The notes below the pieces were generated by a model that was not told the DNA's origin, did no database searches, and saw nothing but the letters and a program-made list of their open reading frames with translations. DNA of 51,231 bases. It comes from a virus. Location: IMG/VR virus record IMGVR_UViG_3300045988_044272; one strand, 5' to 3'. Both the position numbers and the translations under genes were made by a program. Below, in pieces: positions 16,705-24,945 of this stretch (the first letter of the stretch is position 1; every line of letters starts with the position of its first letter).

Positions 16705-17180
16705 ATTGCATTCACAAGGACATAAAGTTTATACAAAACGGATGGTTTGATTTTACGGGCAAACAAAGAAGTCAATTCTTCAAGTCGCTTGGTATCTTCA
16801 ACCCACCGTGTACCACCTTTTCCATGTATCGGAATCAACCTATCTTCACCAAGTACGGCGATTGCAATAATCCTTGCACACCGAATCGAATGTTTATGGG
16901 CAAGCCCCCTTGCGCGTTTCATAGAATCCTCTGACTTCATCAATGATTCGTCAATGGTCAATTCGATTGTTTCGGCTGAAATTCGGTCAAGGGTTGAAAG
17001 GGTCAATTCGTCAATTTTGAACGTGCGTGTAATCTCGTGCGGTATATGTCTTTTGAAAAGCCCAAAGAACTTCTTTTTAACCTCAAAATCGGTGTCTTTG
17101 ACCTCAAATGACACACCTTTATTGATAAGGGTGTTGAGTTCCGCCCGTTCTTGTTCAAGTTTAATTTTATCGTCTGTCAT
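16611..17180 (-). CDS. Tail assembly chaperone (G-like)
   Basis: Lies between the major tail protein and the tape measure. The likely start is MTDDKIKLE at 17180 (the track starts at 17219). Confidence 0.6.
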   Translation of the reverse strand: MTDDKIKLEQERAELNTLINKGVSFEVKDTDFEVKKKFFGLFKRHIPHEITRTFKIDELTLSTLDRISAETIELTIDESLMKSEDSMKRARGLAHKHSIRCARIIAIAVLGEDRLIPIHGKGGTRWVEDTKRLEELTSLFARKIKPSVLYKLYVLVNAMCNLGDFMNSIRLMQQERTTMPIRIEENNEV

Positions 17181-17263
17181 ACACTTTATTAAAGAATGAA
17201 GCCCCCAAAGCTGAAACACTCCGGGGGCTTCGGGTTTACGTTAAGATTGCACCCCGATTTTTA

Positions 17264-17767
17264 TTAGGGTTTCTTCGGTGTTCCTTTCAAGGCTTTTCCG
17301 GCTGACACCGCCATTGGGGTAACGGTGAAATCCACAAGGAAAATTCCCTTTGCGGACATATCGGCATTGATTACCGCTTCAATATCTCCATTCGGTATAT
17401 CAAAATCCAATCCCTTTTCCGTTATTACCCGGATTGCCTTGTTTGCAACCACTTCATCGCCGTTATACCCCCAAGCTTCCTCAATTTTTTCACCACCAAC
17501 GTATGCCACAAGGTCGTCCACGTTTGCATCCATAATTGAAAATGTCAATTTAGGAATCTTGCGTGACTTCTTGCGCACTTCAGGGGCTGCCATACCCTCT
17601 TCGTAATGCTCGGTTACATCGGCGGCATCTTGGGCAATCTTGCAAGTGTCCTTATAGGTCTTGCCAATCTTGGACATTTCAATGGGCATCGTCCCATTCG
17701 GGGCGGCTGCACCGACCTTGATTTCACAAAGTCCAAGGGTGATTAAAGATGTTCTACTTTCTGCCAT
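17264..17767 (-). CDS. Major tail (tube) protein
   Basis: 167 aa, immediately upstream of the chaperone pair. A 9-bp-stem hairpin follows it (17198..17231). Confidence 0.6.
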   Translation of the reverse strand: MAESRTSLITLGLCEIKVGAAAPNGTMPIEMSKIGKTYKDTCKIAQDAADVTEHYEEGMAAPEVRKKSRKIPKLTFSIMDANVDDLVAYVGGEKIEEAWGYNGDEVVANKAIRVITEKGLDFDIPNGDIEAVINADMSAKGIFLVDFTVTPMAVSAGKALKGTPKKP

Positions 17768-17786
17768 ACTGCTATGGATTTAAAAT

Positions 17787-18191
17787 TTATTCAATTTGAA
17801 TGTTCCAATCAATGCGGATGTTGATAAAATGTTGATGGGTATTCGGTTCATACATTATCAACATATTACCCGGTATAATCATCAACCCATCAATATTCGC
17901 ATTTCTCACAAGTTCCAAGGCTTCTTCCGCCAAGGCTTTCAACCGTGTGCGATTTGCCGAAACTTGCATCTTGCCTTTGATTTTCTTGCTTGTGTCCGGG
18001 GTGTATATATTGATGTTTGACGTACCGATTTGGGGCAATGTGTCTTGCGACAAATCAATGGTATTCACAACAATATCTTCATCGGTTGAATTTTCGGGTC
18101 TGTCATCACCCACATAACAACCGCCTTTGATGGACGTTTTGCCATTAAGCAATTCAAACAAGATTCCGTCGGTGTCAAATGCTGTTTTCAT
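17787..18191 (-). CDS. Tail terminator / tail completion protein (positional)
   Basis: 134-aa ORF between the connector genes and the major tail protein. Confidence 0.4.
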   Translation of the reverse strand: MKTAFDTDGILFELLNGKTSIKGGCYVGDDRPENSTDEDIVVNTIDLSQDTLPQIGTSNINIYTPDTSKKIKGKMQVSANRTRLKALAEEALELVRNANIDGLMIIPGNMLIMYEPNTHQHFINIRIDWNIQIE

Positions 18192-18658
18192 TATTCCGCT
18201 GCACGTTTGATATTCGTTATCAACTTTTCCAACATTCGGGGCAATTCCCGTTCTGCAAGATGTTCGGCACTTGATAGCACGTTATATCCTTTTGCTTCAA
18301 CATAGGCGGCATAATTCATTCCGGCAACCACAACAAGGGCAACACCCTTGGTTTCCTTGCCGATTTTTTCGGCAATGCTTTGTCCTGCCTTAACACCTTT
18401 TGCCGCCGCTTCACTTTCCGCACCACTTGCGGCATCAAATTGACCATGTATTGCAACGCCATCAACAAAAATTTCATATCCTGTTGACGAAAGCAAAGCC
18501 CCCGTCTGCATCATATAGCCTTTGTTGTTTCGCGCTTCAATCAAGCACATTTCACCAAGCCTTTGTAATCTTTCAATCTGCTTTTGCTCGACCATATCCA
18601 AGAAAGCATCAAAACGCTTCTTGACATCATCTTTGGTGAAGTTCGCTTTTATACCCAT
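18191..18658 (-). CDS. Head-tail joining / neck protein (positional)
   Basis: 155-aa ORF in the connector cluster, with stop/start overlap to its neighbours. Confidence 0.4.
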   Translation of the reverse strand: MGIKANFTKDDVKKRFDAFLDMVEQKQIERLQRLGEMCLIEARNNKGYMMQTGALLSSTGYEIFVDGVAIHGQFDAASGAESEAAAKGVKAGQSIAEKIGKETKGVALVVVAGMNYAAYVEAKGYNVLSSAEHLAERELPRMLEKLITNIKRAAE

Positions 18659-18993
18659 AATCTTGAATGCAATTGTGAGGGGTCAAAGTTCAAGCATATT
18701 CCGGCAATGCGTATGTCCGTACAATCAAGGTCGTTTGCAATAATCACCCTTGTTCCCTTGTTTACCCTTGGGCAAGTTTTGGGGCATTGAATTACAGATG
18801 TTGCCTTTTGGTATTCACCCCCGGCAACTTGATATTCCGTGCCTTTGCCGTCGGATTCCTCGCGGCACATGGATATGAATTTGCGCGACGTTTTACATTC
18901 CGTCCAATTGCCTTGCTCATCCTGTATGGATTCCACGGATTCTTCGATGAATAGGTAATGCGGATATTGCTTCACGTATGCCATAATCACCAA
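18649..18993 (-). CDS. Head closure / head-tail adaptor protein (positional)
   Basis: 114-aa ORF in the connector cluster. Confidence 0.4.
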   Translation of the reverse strand: MVIMAYVKQYPHYLFIEESVESIQDEQGNWTECKTSRKFISMCREESDGKGTEYQVAGGEYQKATSVIQCPKTCPRVNKGTRVIIANDLDCTDIRIAGICLNFDPSQLHSRLWV

Positions 18994-19301
18994 ATATTTG
19001 AACGGTTACGAACTTTCGGACGTGCGACCAACACATTTTCTTTGCCCAACTCATTGCACAATGCAGTATAATACAACTTGACGGCTTCCATATTCCAAGA
19101 AATCGAATATCCACCCTCGGACACGTTTTGCAACATACCTTTCAGGATTACGGACATTCGGTTGTAAACCGCCACGTCACACGCTTTTACATCTGCTTTA
19201 TCATCTGCATCAAGACCGCCTTTTGCCAAGATAACATCAATATCATCTTCTACAAGGTTAAGTCCATTCAATGATTTGGTCAAATACTCTTTGTTTGTCA
19301 T
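18987..19301 (-). CDS. Head-tail connector protein (positional)
   Basis: 104-aa ORF, first gene after the major capsid protein. Confidence 0.4.
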   Translation of the reverse strand: MTNKEYLTKSLNGLNLVEDDIDVILAKGGLDADDKADVKACDVAVYNRMSVILKGMLQNVSEGGYSISWNMEAVKLYYTALCNELGKENVLVARPKVRNRSNIW

Positions 19302-19367
19302 AACTTACTTTCTTGCAAAAGACCTTGGGACGAAACGACCGAAATCATCGCGTCCCATCGGTCAGTG

Positions 19368-20474
19368 TTAGTTTTTATTCCAAGAAGTTGCGTTGGTCTG
19401 CATCAACACACTTCTTCCAGCAAGATTCCAAGCCGGGAAAAGGTTTGCAATTCCCTCGGTAACTTCCTGAATGGGTGATTCATTGGAATACTTCTTGACC
19501 AAAGTATGTCCGTGCATAACCTTTTCGGCAACACTACCGGGCATTTTCTTTGCATCAATAGGCTTTTTCCAATAGGTTTTTCCAAGAACCTTGCTTTCAG
19601 AGAAAAGAATAACATCATCTTCAAACGGATTTGAAGTGTTGCGCGTTCCGTCTGCAAGTTCAATCGTAATGTCTTGGTCAATTACGATAATCTGCAAACC
19701 GCGATACAATTCTTTCTTTTTGGCAAGATATGCGTTGACAGTTGCCAAATCCGGTGCATCTTGCGTGCCTGTTGCGTTCTGAATGAATGAAGAACACTTC
19801 TTCAAGACTTCTTCTTGTGAAGCAAACTTTTCAAAGGTATCAACATTCATAAACGCAAATTTGTAGGTTGCACCATATAATTTCTTACCCAACTTCAAAG
19901 CTGCTGGGAAATCCTTTGTCAAAGGCTTTGCAGCCGTACCCGACGAATAAGAAGTGGTAACACCAATCTTTTGTTCCGCCGGAATCAGGTAATCAACATC
20001 ATATTCGGTAACAACTGCCGCATTGTTGGAATTGGTGAACTTGACCTTGCCAAGCGAAATTTGGCGTAATGCAATCCATTCGGCACGGGCTGCAACACCA
20101 TCCCAACAAAACTTGGTATCTTCCGCCCAAAATTCGACAAGTGCTTTCAAGTCGGGGTTGTTGCTCGACATTGCAACCATTATGTCGTATTCGGTCAATT
20201 CATCTTCATTCTTTTCTTTTGAAATGGTGATTTTCGGAATATCACCTTGAATGCGTGAAATGGCTTCACGGGTCTTTCTCGGAATTGTCGCACCCCTTGC
20301 CACAAGGTCGGCGGCAATCTTCAAGCCCGATTGCGCTTCAAGCATCTTCCACGTCAGAAAGTTTGTTTCTTTCAACGGGAAAAGGGTTGGATAATAGTAA
20401 TCTTTGAGGTCGTAACTACGAATTACGGCTTCCATATCCTTTTCATTCAACCCAACCATCAATGATTTCTGCAT
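19368..20474 (-). CDS. Major capsid protein (lambda gpE-like arrangement)
   Basis: 368 aa. Preceded by scaffold-like and decoration-like genes and followed by connector genes. Confidence 0.7.
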   Translation of the reverse strand: MQKSLMVGLNEKDMEAVIRSYDLKDYYYPTLFPLKETNFLTWKMLEAQSGLKIAADLVARGATIPRKTREAISRIQGDIPKITISKEKNEDELTEYDIMVAMSSNNPDLKALVEFWAEDTKFCWDGVAARAEWIALRQISLGKVKFTNSNNAAVVTEYDVDYLIPAEQKIGVTTSYSSGTAAKPLTKDFPAALKLGKKLYGATYKFAFMNVDTFEKFASQEEVLKKCSSFIQNATGTQDAPDLATVNAYLAKKKELYRGLQIIVIDQDITIELADGTRNTSNPFEDDVILFSESKVLGKTYWKKPIDAKKMPGSVAEKVMHGHTLVKKYSNESPIQEVTEGIANLFPAWNLAGRSVLMQTNATSWNKN

Positions 20475-20492
20475 ATTGGTTTACTTTTGGGG

Positions 20493-21059
20493 TTACACAT
20501 AAACAATTGATTTCAATGCCGATTTAATGGCATTGTCCACGGCGGGGGCATTGGCTTCTTTTACCACACCGATAACCCACGCATCAACAAACAAGTTGTC
20601 GCCATGCTCAACATCATAGTTCGACCCCGCAATGGCAACCGGGGTAACTTTCAATGTCTTGTTGGCTCCACTTGATTCAAATGCACAAGTTCCGGCGGTA
20701 ATCTTCGCTCCAAGCGTTGTTCCGACGGTGATAACGTCCTTGGCTGCATCGGTCTTGTCAATAGCCGTAATGGTCTGACCGTTACAAGCTGCCGTTGCGA
20801 ATCGGTCGCCAACTTTGAAATGGTGTCCTTTTGCCACTTCATAAGTCGTTGCCGCTTCGGTCGCTTCGGTGATTACTTGCGCCGTCTTGCAGACCACATA
20901 AAGACCATTTGACCCCTTACCAAGGGGCGTTCCCTCAAACAATGCCGACCCACCCAAGTTTGCAACCTGAACGGTTACACCACCGGGAATGTCCGCTACA
21001 CGGTGAAGAATGCACTTCACAATGCGATTGTCCTTTTTCCTTTTGATTGTCAATGACAT
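20493..21059 (-). CDS. Head decoration-like protein
   Basis: 188-aa Gly/Ala/Thr/Val-rich protein between the scaffold and the capsid gene (lambda D-like position). Confidence 0.4.
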   Translation of the reverse strand: MSLTIKRKKDNRIVKCILHRVADIPGGVTVQVANLGGSALFEGTPLGKGSNGLYVVCKTAQVITEATEAATTYEVAKGHHFKVGDRFATAACNGQTITAIDKTDAAKDVITVGTTLGAKITAGTCAFESSGANKTLKVTPVAIAGSNYDVEHGDNLFVDAWVIGVVKEANAPAVDNAIKSALKSIVYV

Positions 21060-21082
21060 TGTTTTGAATTTTAGAATTTGAC

Positions 21083-21778
21083 TTAAATTTCTTTACCCTT
21101 AAACGTGGTGTTTTCGGGTTTAAGGCTTTCTACATATTCGGCAACTCCTTTTGAAATACCGCTTTCTTCCTTTTGGGAGAATAGCGGGCTTCCGCCTGAA
21201 TTGCTCAAATCAATATCAGCCTTGTTTTGATTTGCTGTTGCAATGTCCGCTTCCTTGCCTGTCAAGTATTCATTGAAATCTGCATCATCCTTGAAGTTCA
21301 TCCGGGCAAAGTCTTTCAGGGTTTGAGCCTTGAAATTTTCGTCCTTACATCCGTTTAACTTCTCGTTCAATGCCTGAAGCCTTGTTTCGGCAATAGTCTT
21401 TGCTTCATAACCATTCAACTTATCATTCAAAGGGGCAACCGCCGCATCAACTGCTGCTTTTACAATGGCTGCAATGTCGTCGGGGTCGGTGTCTTTCGGG
21501 TTCTTCTTACCGCCGGGTTCGGTTTTCTGAACCAAATCGAACTTCTTTTTCAGATTGGTTTCAAAAGTTTTGTTGCTTTCGGACACTTCCTTGTCCACAT
21601 CGGCGCGGTAATCCTTGACAAACTCATTCACTTGCGCATCGGTGAACTTGTCCACAAGGGTTTTCGCTTCATCTTCGGTCGTGCATTGTAACGCAAGTGA
21701 ACGTGCCAATGCAACAAGTCCGTCTTTTCGCACGCCTGAAAACTTTGCAATCAGTAATGCCAAAATTGTTTCTTTCAT
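21083..21778 (-). CDS. Capsid scaffolding protein
   Basis: 231-aa charged helical protein at the head of the capsid gene block. Confidence 0.55.
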   Translation of the reverse strand: MKETILALLIAKFSGVRKDGLVALARSLALQCTTEDEAKTLVDKFTDAQVNEFVKDYRADVDKEVSESNKTFETNLKKKFDLVQKTEPGGKKNPKDTDPDDIAAIVKAAVDAAVAPLNDKLNGYEAKTIAETRLQALNEKLNGCKDENFKAQTLKDFARMNFKDDADFNEYLTGKEADIATANQNKADIDLSNSGGSPLFSQKEESGISKGVAEYVESLKPENTTFKGKEI

Positions 21779-21824
21779 TTTCCGATAATTATAATGTTAA
21801 ACAAATCAATCACAAAAGTATTAT

Positions 21825-21840
21825 GTTTTATAGTGATACA
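21825..21840 (-). promoter_or_regulatory. 16-nt motif copy (minus strand TGTATCACTATAAAAC), 46 nt upstream of the scaffold ATG 21778
   Basis: Plus-strand gttttatagtgataca, exact. Confidence 0.6.
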
Positions 21841-21939
21841 CATAGAAATAAACTTGAACTTATGCTTTACTTATCCACATTTTTGCACTGCATTTGCATT
21901 TTTCTTGCTTAAAATAGTTGTTTTATTAAATATAACGCT

Positions 21940-21947
21940 TATCTTTG
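21940..21947 (+). promoter_or_regulatory. Bacteroidota -7 promoter box TAnnTTTG (TATCTTTG) for the plus-strand small-ORF island
   Basis: ttatctttgcgg lies 42 nt upstream of the ATG at 21989, with a TTG-containing stretch about 20 nt further upstream. Confidence 0.45.
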
Positions 21948-21988
21948 CGGTGTGTTACTATAATACATAACAGATAATATTCGCAACA

Positions 21989-22264
21989 ATGGAAACATCA
22001 CAAGTAAAAGGTTACTTCACGAATGAAGATAAATTTATTCCAAAAGGGGAATACAAGCCAACATCAGTTGATGAATACAAAGCATCGGTTGATTTCTTGA
22101 TTCTCTCATGTGGCAATCGCTATGCAATCAGCTTCAACAAACCAATTGAATTGAAATGCAATCGTTCAATCAGCCGGGCAAACTGTGGCGGTTATGTGTA
22201 TTACGTTACCGACAAGGCTTTGGCACAATTGAAACAACAATATTCATGGTCGTGTGATTTTTAA
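21989..22264 (+). CDS. Hypothetical small protein (island gene 1)
   Basis: 91-aa ORF preceded by aatattcgcaacaATG. Confidence 0.55.
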   Translation: METSQVKGYFTNEDKFIPKGEYKPTSVDEYKASVDFLILSCGNRYAISFNKPIELKCNRSISRANCGGYVYYVTDKALAQLKQQYSWSCDF

Positions 22265-22293
22265 TGCGACTTAACTTCTAAATTTTCGTAACA

Positions 22294-22554
22294 ATGAAAC
22301 AATTAACATTTAATCTTTTTGATGCAATCAACCGTGAGGGCATAGGCAACCATATTTGGGGACTTTGCCAAGACATTGACAACACCGCCGATTATTTCGG
22401 AACGGTTGAATCCATCCAACTTCAAGGGCAATTTGTTTATGTCTATCGTGAAATAGATGAAACATTTTGCTTTATCAAAGAATCCACGTGCGGCAAACCG
22501 ACTTATACATTAAGCGTTGCCAACAATGAATTTATTGATTTATATGAACTCTGA
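22294..22554 (+). CDS. Hypothetical small protein (island gene 2)
   Basis: 86-aa ORF preceded by aaattttcgtaacaATG. Confidence 0.55.
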   Translation: MKQLTFNLFDAINREGIGNHIWGLCQDIDNTADYFGTVESIQLQGQFVYVYREIDETFCFIKESTCGKPTYTLSVANNEFIDLYEL

Positions 22555-22596
22555 CATTAACCCGGGTGGGCAACCACCCCACAAATTTTCGCAACA

Positions 22597-22872
22597 ATGA
22601 ATATTATACGTTCCAAAGAAACAAGGCTTTTCAATTCTCAACTTCGCATCATTGACTTAAAGGGCTACAAGTTCAATACTCCCAAGGGGATTTGTACATT
22701 CAATAAGGGGTGGGGACTTGCAATTTTAGGAAAGGGGTTTGTGAAATTCAAATCAGAACAATTGCCGATTCCTTACAATCCAATAGGGGGCAAGAAAGCA
22801 CTTCAATCAATAATTGATGCCGGGGGCTTCATTCATTACAACGACATTGAATTTGTTATGCCACTTAATTAA
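22597..22872 (+). CDS. Hypothetical small protein (island gene 3)
   Basis: 91-aa ORF preceded by hairpin 22564..22579 (gggtgg-gcaa-ccaccc) and aaattttcgcaacaATG. Confidence 0.55.
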   Translation: MNIIRSKETRLFNSQLRIIDLKGYKFNTPKGICTFNKGWGLAILGKGFVKFKSEQLPIPYNPIGGKKALQSIIDAGGFIHYNDIEFVMPLN

Positions 22873-22914
22873 ATAATCAGGGCGGCTTTCGGGTCGCCCA
22901 CGAAACTTTCCGAT

Positions 22915-23055
22915 ATGAAACGATACTTTGTGAATGGCATTGAAATAAGCGAGCAAGAAGCAAAAGCCATTGAACAAAAGAACCAAGAATATATGAAAAG
23001 CCCCGATTTATCAGATTGGGCAAAATGTGAATTTATAATGGTAATCAATTCTTAA
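22915..23055 (+). CDS. Hypothetical 46-aa protein (island gene 4, below the ORF-track length cutoff)
   Basis: Hand translation gives MKRYFVNGIEISEQEAKAIEQKNQEYMKSPDLSDWAKCEFIMVINS. Preceded by hairpin 22880..22899. Its stop overlaps the next ATG (taATG). Confidence 0.4.
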   Translation: MKRYFVNGIEISEQEAKAIEQKNQEYMKSPDLSDWAKCEFIMVINS

Positions 23056-23321
23056 TGACTATGTTAATAAAAGAAATAAAACAAGCCCTTATCGGCAAGA
23101 CAATATCATATTATGATGGTTGGGATGGTTCAAGCAATTATTTCAAAATTGGCTATCTGAAAAAGGATGGTTCAAGTGTTCGTGTATTCCCTGAAAAGGG
23201 TAAGGGTTGGGGTGTGTTTATTCCAATTCGCATAATCCCCATACTTATTGAGAAAGGGGAACATAAAGAATCTAACGAAATTGAACGGTGTTCTTTTGAA
23301 ACAACGTGGAAATTACTATAA
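23055..23321 (+). CDS. Hypothetical small protein (island gene 5)
   Basis: 88-aa ORF, translationally coupled to the preceding ORF. Confidence 0.5.
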   Translation: MTMLIKEIKQALIGKTISYYDGWDGSSNYFKIGYLKKDGSSVRVFPEKGKGWGVFIPIRIIPILIEKGEHKESNEIERCSFETTWKLL

Positions 23322-23325
23322 CCAA

Positions 23326-23580
23326 ATGTGTGTTACTATGAAACCAAAAGGAAATGGACTTGTGGAAATTGCCGGAGAAAGAACCGTTGAACATGGTTTT
23401 TTCTGCATCAAGTTGGTTACGTTCCTTAATGAAGAAGCCGAAATGGGAACGGAACAATATGCACAACTTTGGGAACAAAGATTTGATGAAGCCAAATCCG
23501 GGCAATGTGCTTATTCTGAGAAATGCCCGATTTATGCAAGGACAATCAAGAAAAGTGGGCTTCAATTAAAATTGTTTTAA
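23326..23580 (+). CDS. Hypothetical small protein (island gene 6)
   Basis: The track ORF 23248..23580 overlaps gene 5. The internal ATG at 23326 (MCVTMKPKG...) starts 5 nt after the gene 5 stop. Confidence 0.45.
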   Translation: MCVTMKPKGNGLVEIAGERTVEHGFFCIKLVTFLNEEAEMGTEQYAQLWEQRFDEAKSGQCAYSEKCPIYARTIKKSGLQLKLF

Positions 23581-23611
23581 TTACTATATTAAATAAAATA
23601 ATTACCTTTGT

Positions 23612-24166
23612 ATGGAAAAGACAAGTATTGAAACACTCGCAAGCCAATACGGTTTGACGGTGGATTTCGTGAAAGAACTTCACGACAAGATTGTGGACAA
23701 GGAAAACTTTGCCCGTGCGGTCAAGATGTTTAATGACGGCTTGTTGCCGTATGATATGGCGACCGGGAAAGACCCAATCAATGTTGCCGAATACCGTAAA
23801 ACAGTTGCCGGGAACTTGCGTGGCTTCCGGCACAATCAACAAGAAAAGGTCAAAGAAGCAATGGAACAACAAAAAAGAATTGTTGATTATTACAGTGCTT
23901 GCACAACTTTGGCATATCGGCACAAGTCAAATAAAGCCGTCAAAGACATTGTTTTCATCAAAGACGGACACTTGGTTGCCTTTGCACGTTTTGAACCCAA
24001 ACAAGGCGGCATATATGCGGCTAACAATGAAGTAATGCCGGACTTCCATTGGCAACCGCATGAACATTTGGCACGATTGCGAAAGTTGAATAAAGCCTTT
24101 TATCGGCAAGTGAAAAAGGTGGCATTCAATTCACCCAAAGAATGGTTTAATTTTAATTTGAAATGA
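23612..24166 (+). CDS. Hypothetical protein (island gene 7)
   Basis: 184-aa ORF; no motif recognised. Confidence 0.55.
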   Translation: MEKTSIETLASQYGLTVDFVKELHDKIVDKENFARAVKMFNDGLLPYDMATGKDPINVAEYRKTVAGNLRGFRHNQQEKVKEAMEQQKRIVDYYSACTTLAYRHKSNKAVKDIVFIKDGHLVAFARFEPKQGGIYAANNEVMPDFHWQPHEHLARLRKLNKAFYRQVKKVAFNSPKEWFNFNLK

Positions 24167-24167
24167 T

Positions 24168-24452
24168 ATGCGTTTATCTATCAATGACAAGGAATTTGAA
24201 GCAATATCCTTTGCAATAGACCAAATTGAATCCGCATTGGAATCATCGGAAGACTTGGAATGGAACGAACTTGCACTAAAACATCAAAAATCTTTGTACA
24301 CCATTTGTGAAAAATTCAAGACTGAACGCACAAGGGTTGAAGAACTTAATGAAGCAAGAAGATATGTTCGCTCAAGAAGTCCTTGGCGACCGCAAGCGGA
24401 AATTGATAAACTCGCAAGGGCTGTTGTCAAGAAGAAAAACGAACTACGATGA
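24168..24452 (+). CDS. Hypothetical coiled-coil protein (island gene 8)
   Basis: 94-aa ORF starting 2 nt after gene 7. Confidence 0.5.
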   Translation: MRLSINDKEFEAISFAIDQIESALESSEDLEWNELALKHQKSLYTICEKFKTERTRVEELNEARRYVRSRSPWRPQAEIDKLARAVVKKKNELR

Positions 24453-24679
24453 ACGGAACAACCATATATCACGTTTGCTTTGGCGACGACAACCATCATT
24501 ATTTCGGCTCGATTGCCGCCATATTCGACACGTTCACCCCGGTTGAATTGGGCGTATCAAAGTCGCGGTTGTGGGCTTACGGTATTACTGAAACAAAGCC
24601 TTATCGCAATAACAAGTGCATCATTTATAGGGGTGTGATACATCGAAAAAAAACGAATAGAAAACTACCACAAAAATGA
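24449..24679 (+). CDS. Hypothetical small protein (island gene 9)
   Basis: 76-aa ORF with an ATGA overlap to gene 8. Confidence 0.5.
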   Translation: MNGTTIYHVCFGDDNHHYFGSIAAIFDTFTPVELGVSKSRLWAYGITETKPYRNNKCIIYRGVIHRKKTNRKLPQK

Positions 24680-24945
24680 AAATTGAACAATATTGCATTA
24701 GTCTTGGTATCAAGGATAAAAAGGATTTATCCGACAAGCAAATTGAAGAATGGGGACGATATTTAAGCCCCGGGGGTATTCTTTCTCAAATTTTTATATT
24801 AGGCACGGAATTAGATAAAAAAAATGCCGTTGCTATGTTGCGAACTGCAATCAATAACAACAAGCATTTTCAATATTCTTACATCATCAATGAAAGTGAA
24901 GAAGACGTTGAGTTAAAAGAAAAATTCAAAATATGGCTTGATTAA
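24676..24945 (+). CDS. Hypothetical small protein (island gene 10)
   Basis: 89-aa ORF. Its stop overlaps the stop of the convergent 910-aa gene by 4 nt. Confidence 0.5.
   Translation: MKIEQYCISLGIKDKKDLSDKQIEEWGRYLSPGGILSQIFILGTELDKKNAVAMLRTAINNNKHFQYSYIINESEEDVELKEKFKIWLD

Noticed and set aside
16611-16730. Canonical X XXY YYZ slippery heptamer for the chaperone frameshift
   Set aside because: None was found by eye in the overlap, so no specific shift site is annotated.
21871-21879. Perfect DnaA box TTATCCACA as evidence for an origin
   Set aside because: A single 9-mer is expected by chance about 0.4 times in this window on both strands. I saw only degenerate extra copies. It is mentioned only as context for the DnaA-domain fusion.
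23603-23610. TACCTTTG (TAnnTTTG) box upstream of island gene 7 as an internal promoter
   Set aside because: It ends 1 nt before the ATG at 23612, so a transcript starting the usual distance downstream would begin inside the ORF. It is not annotated.
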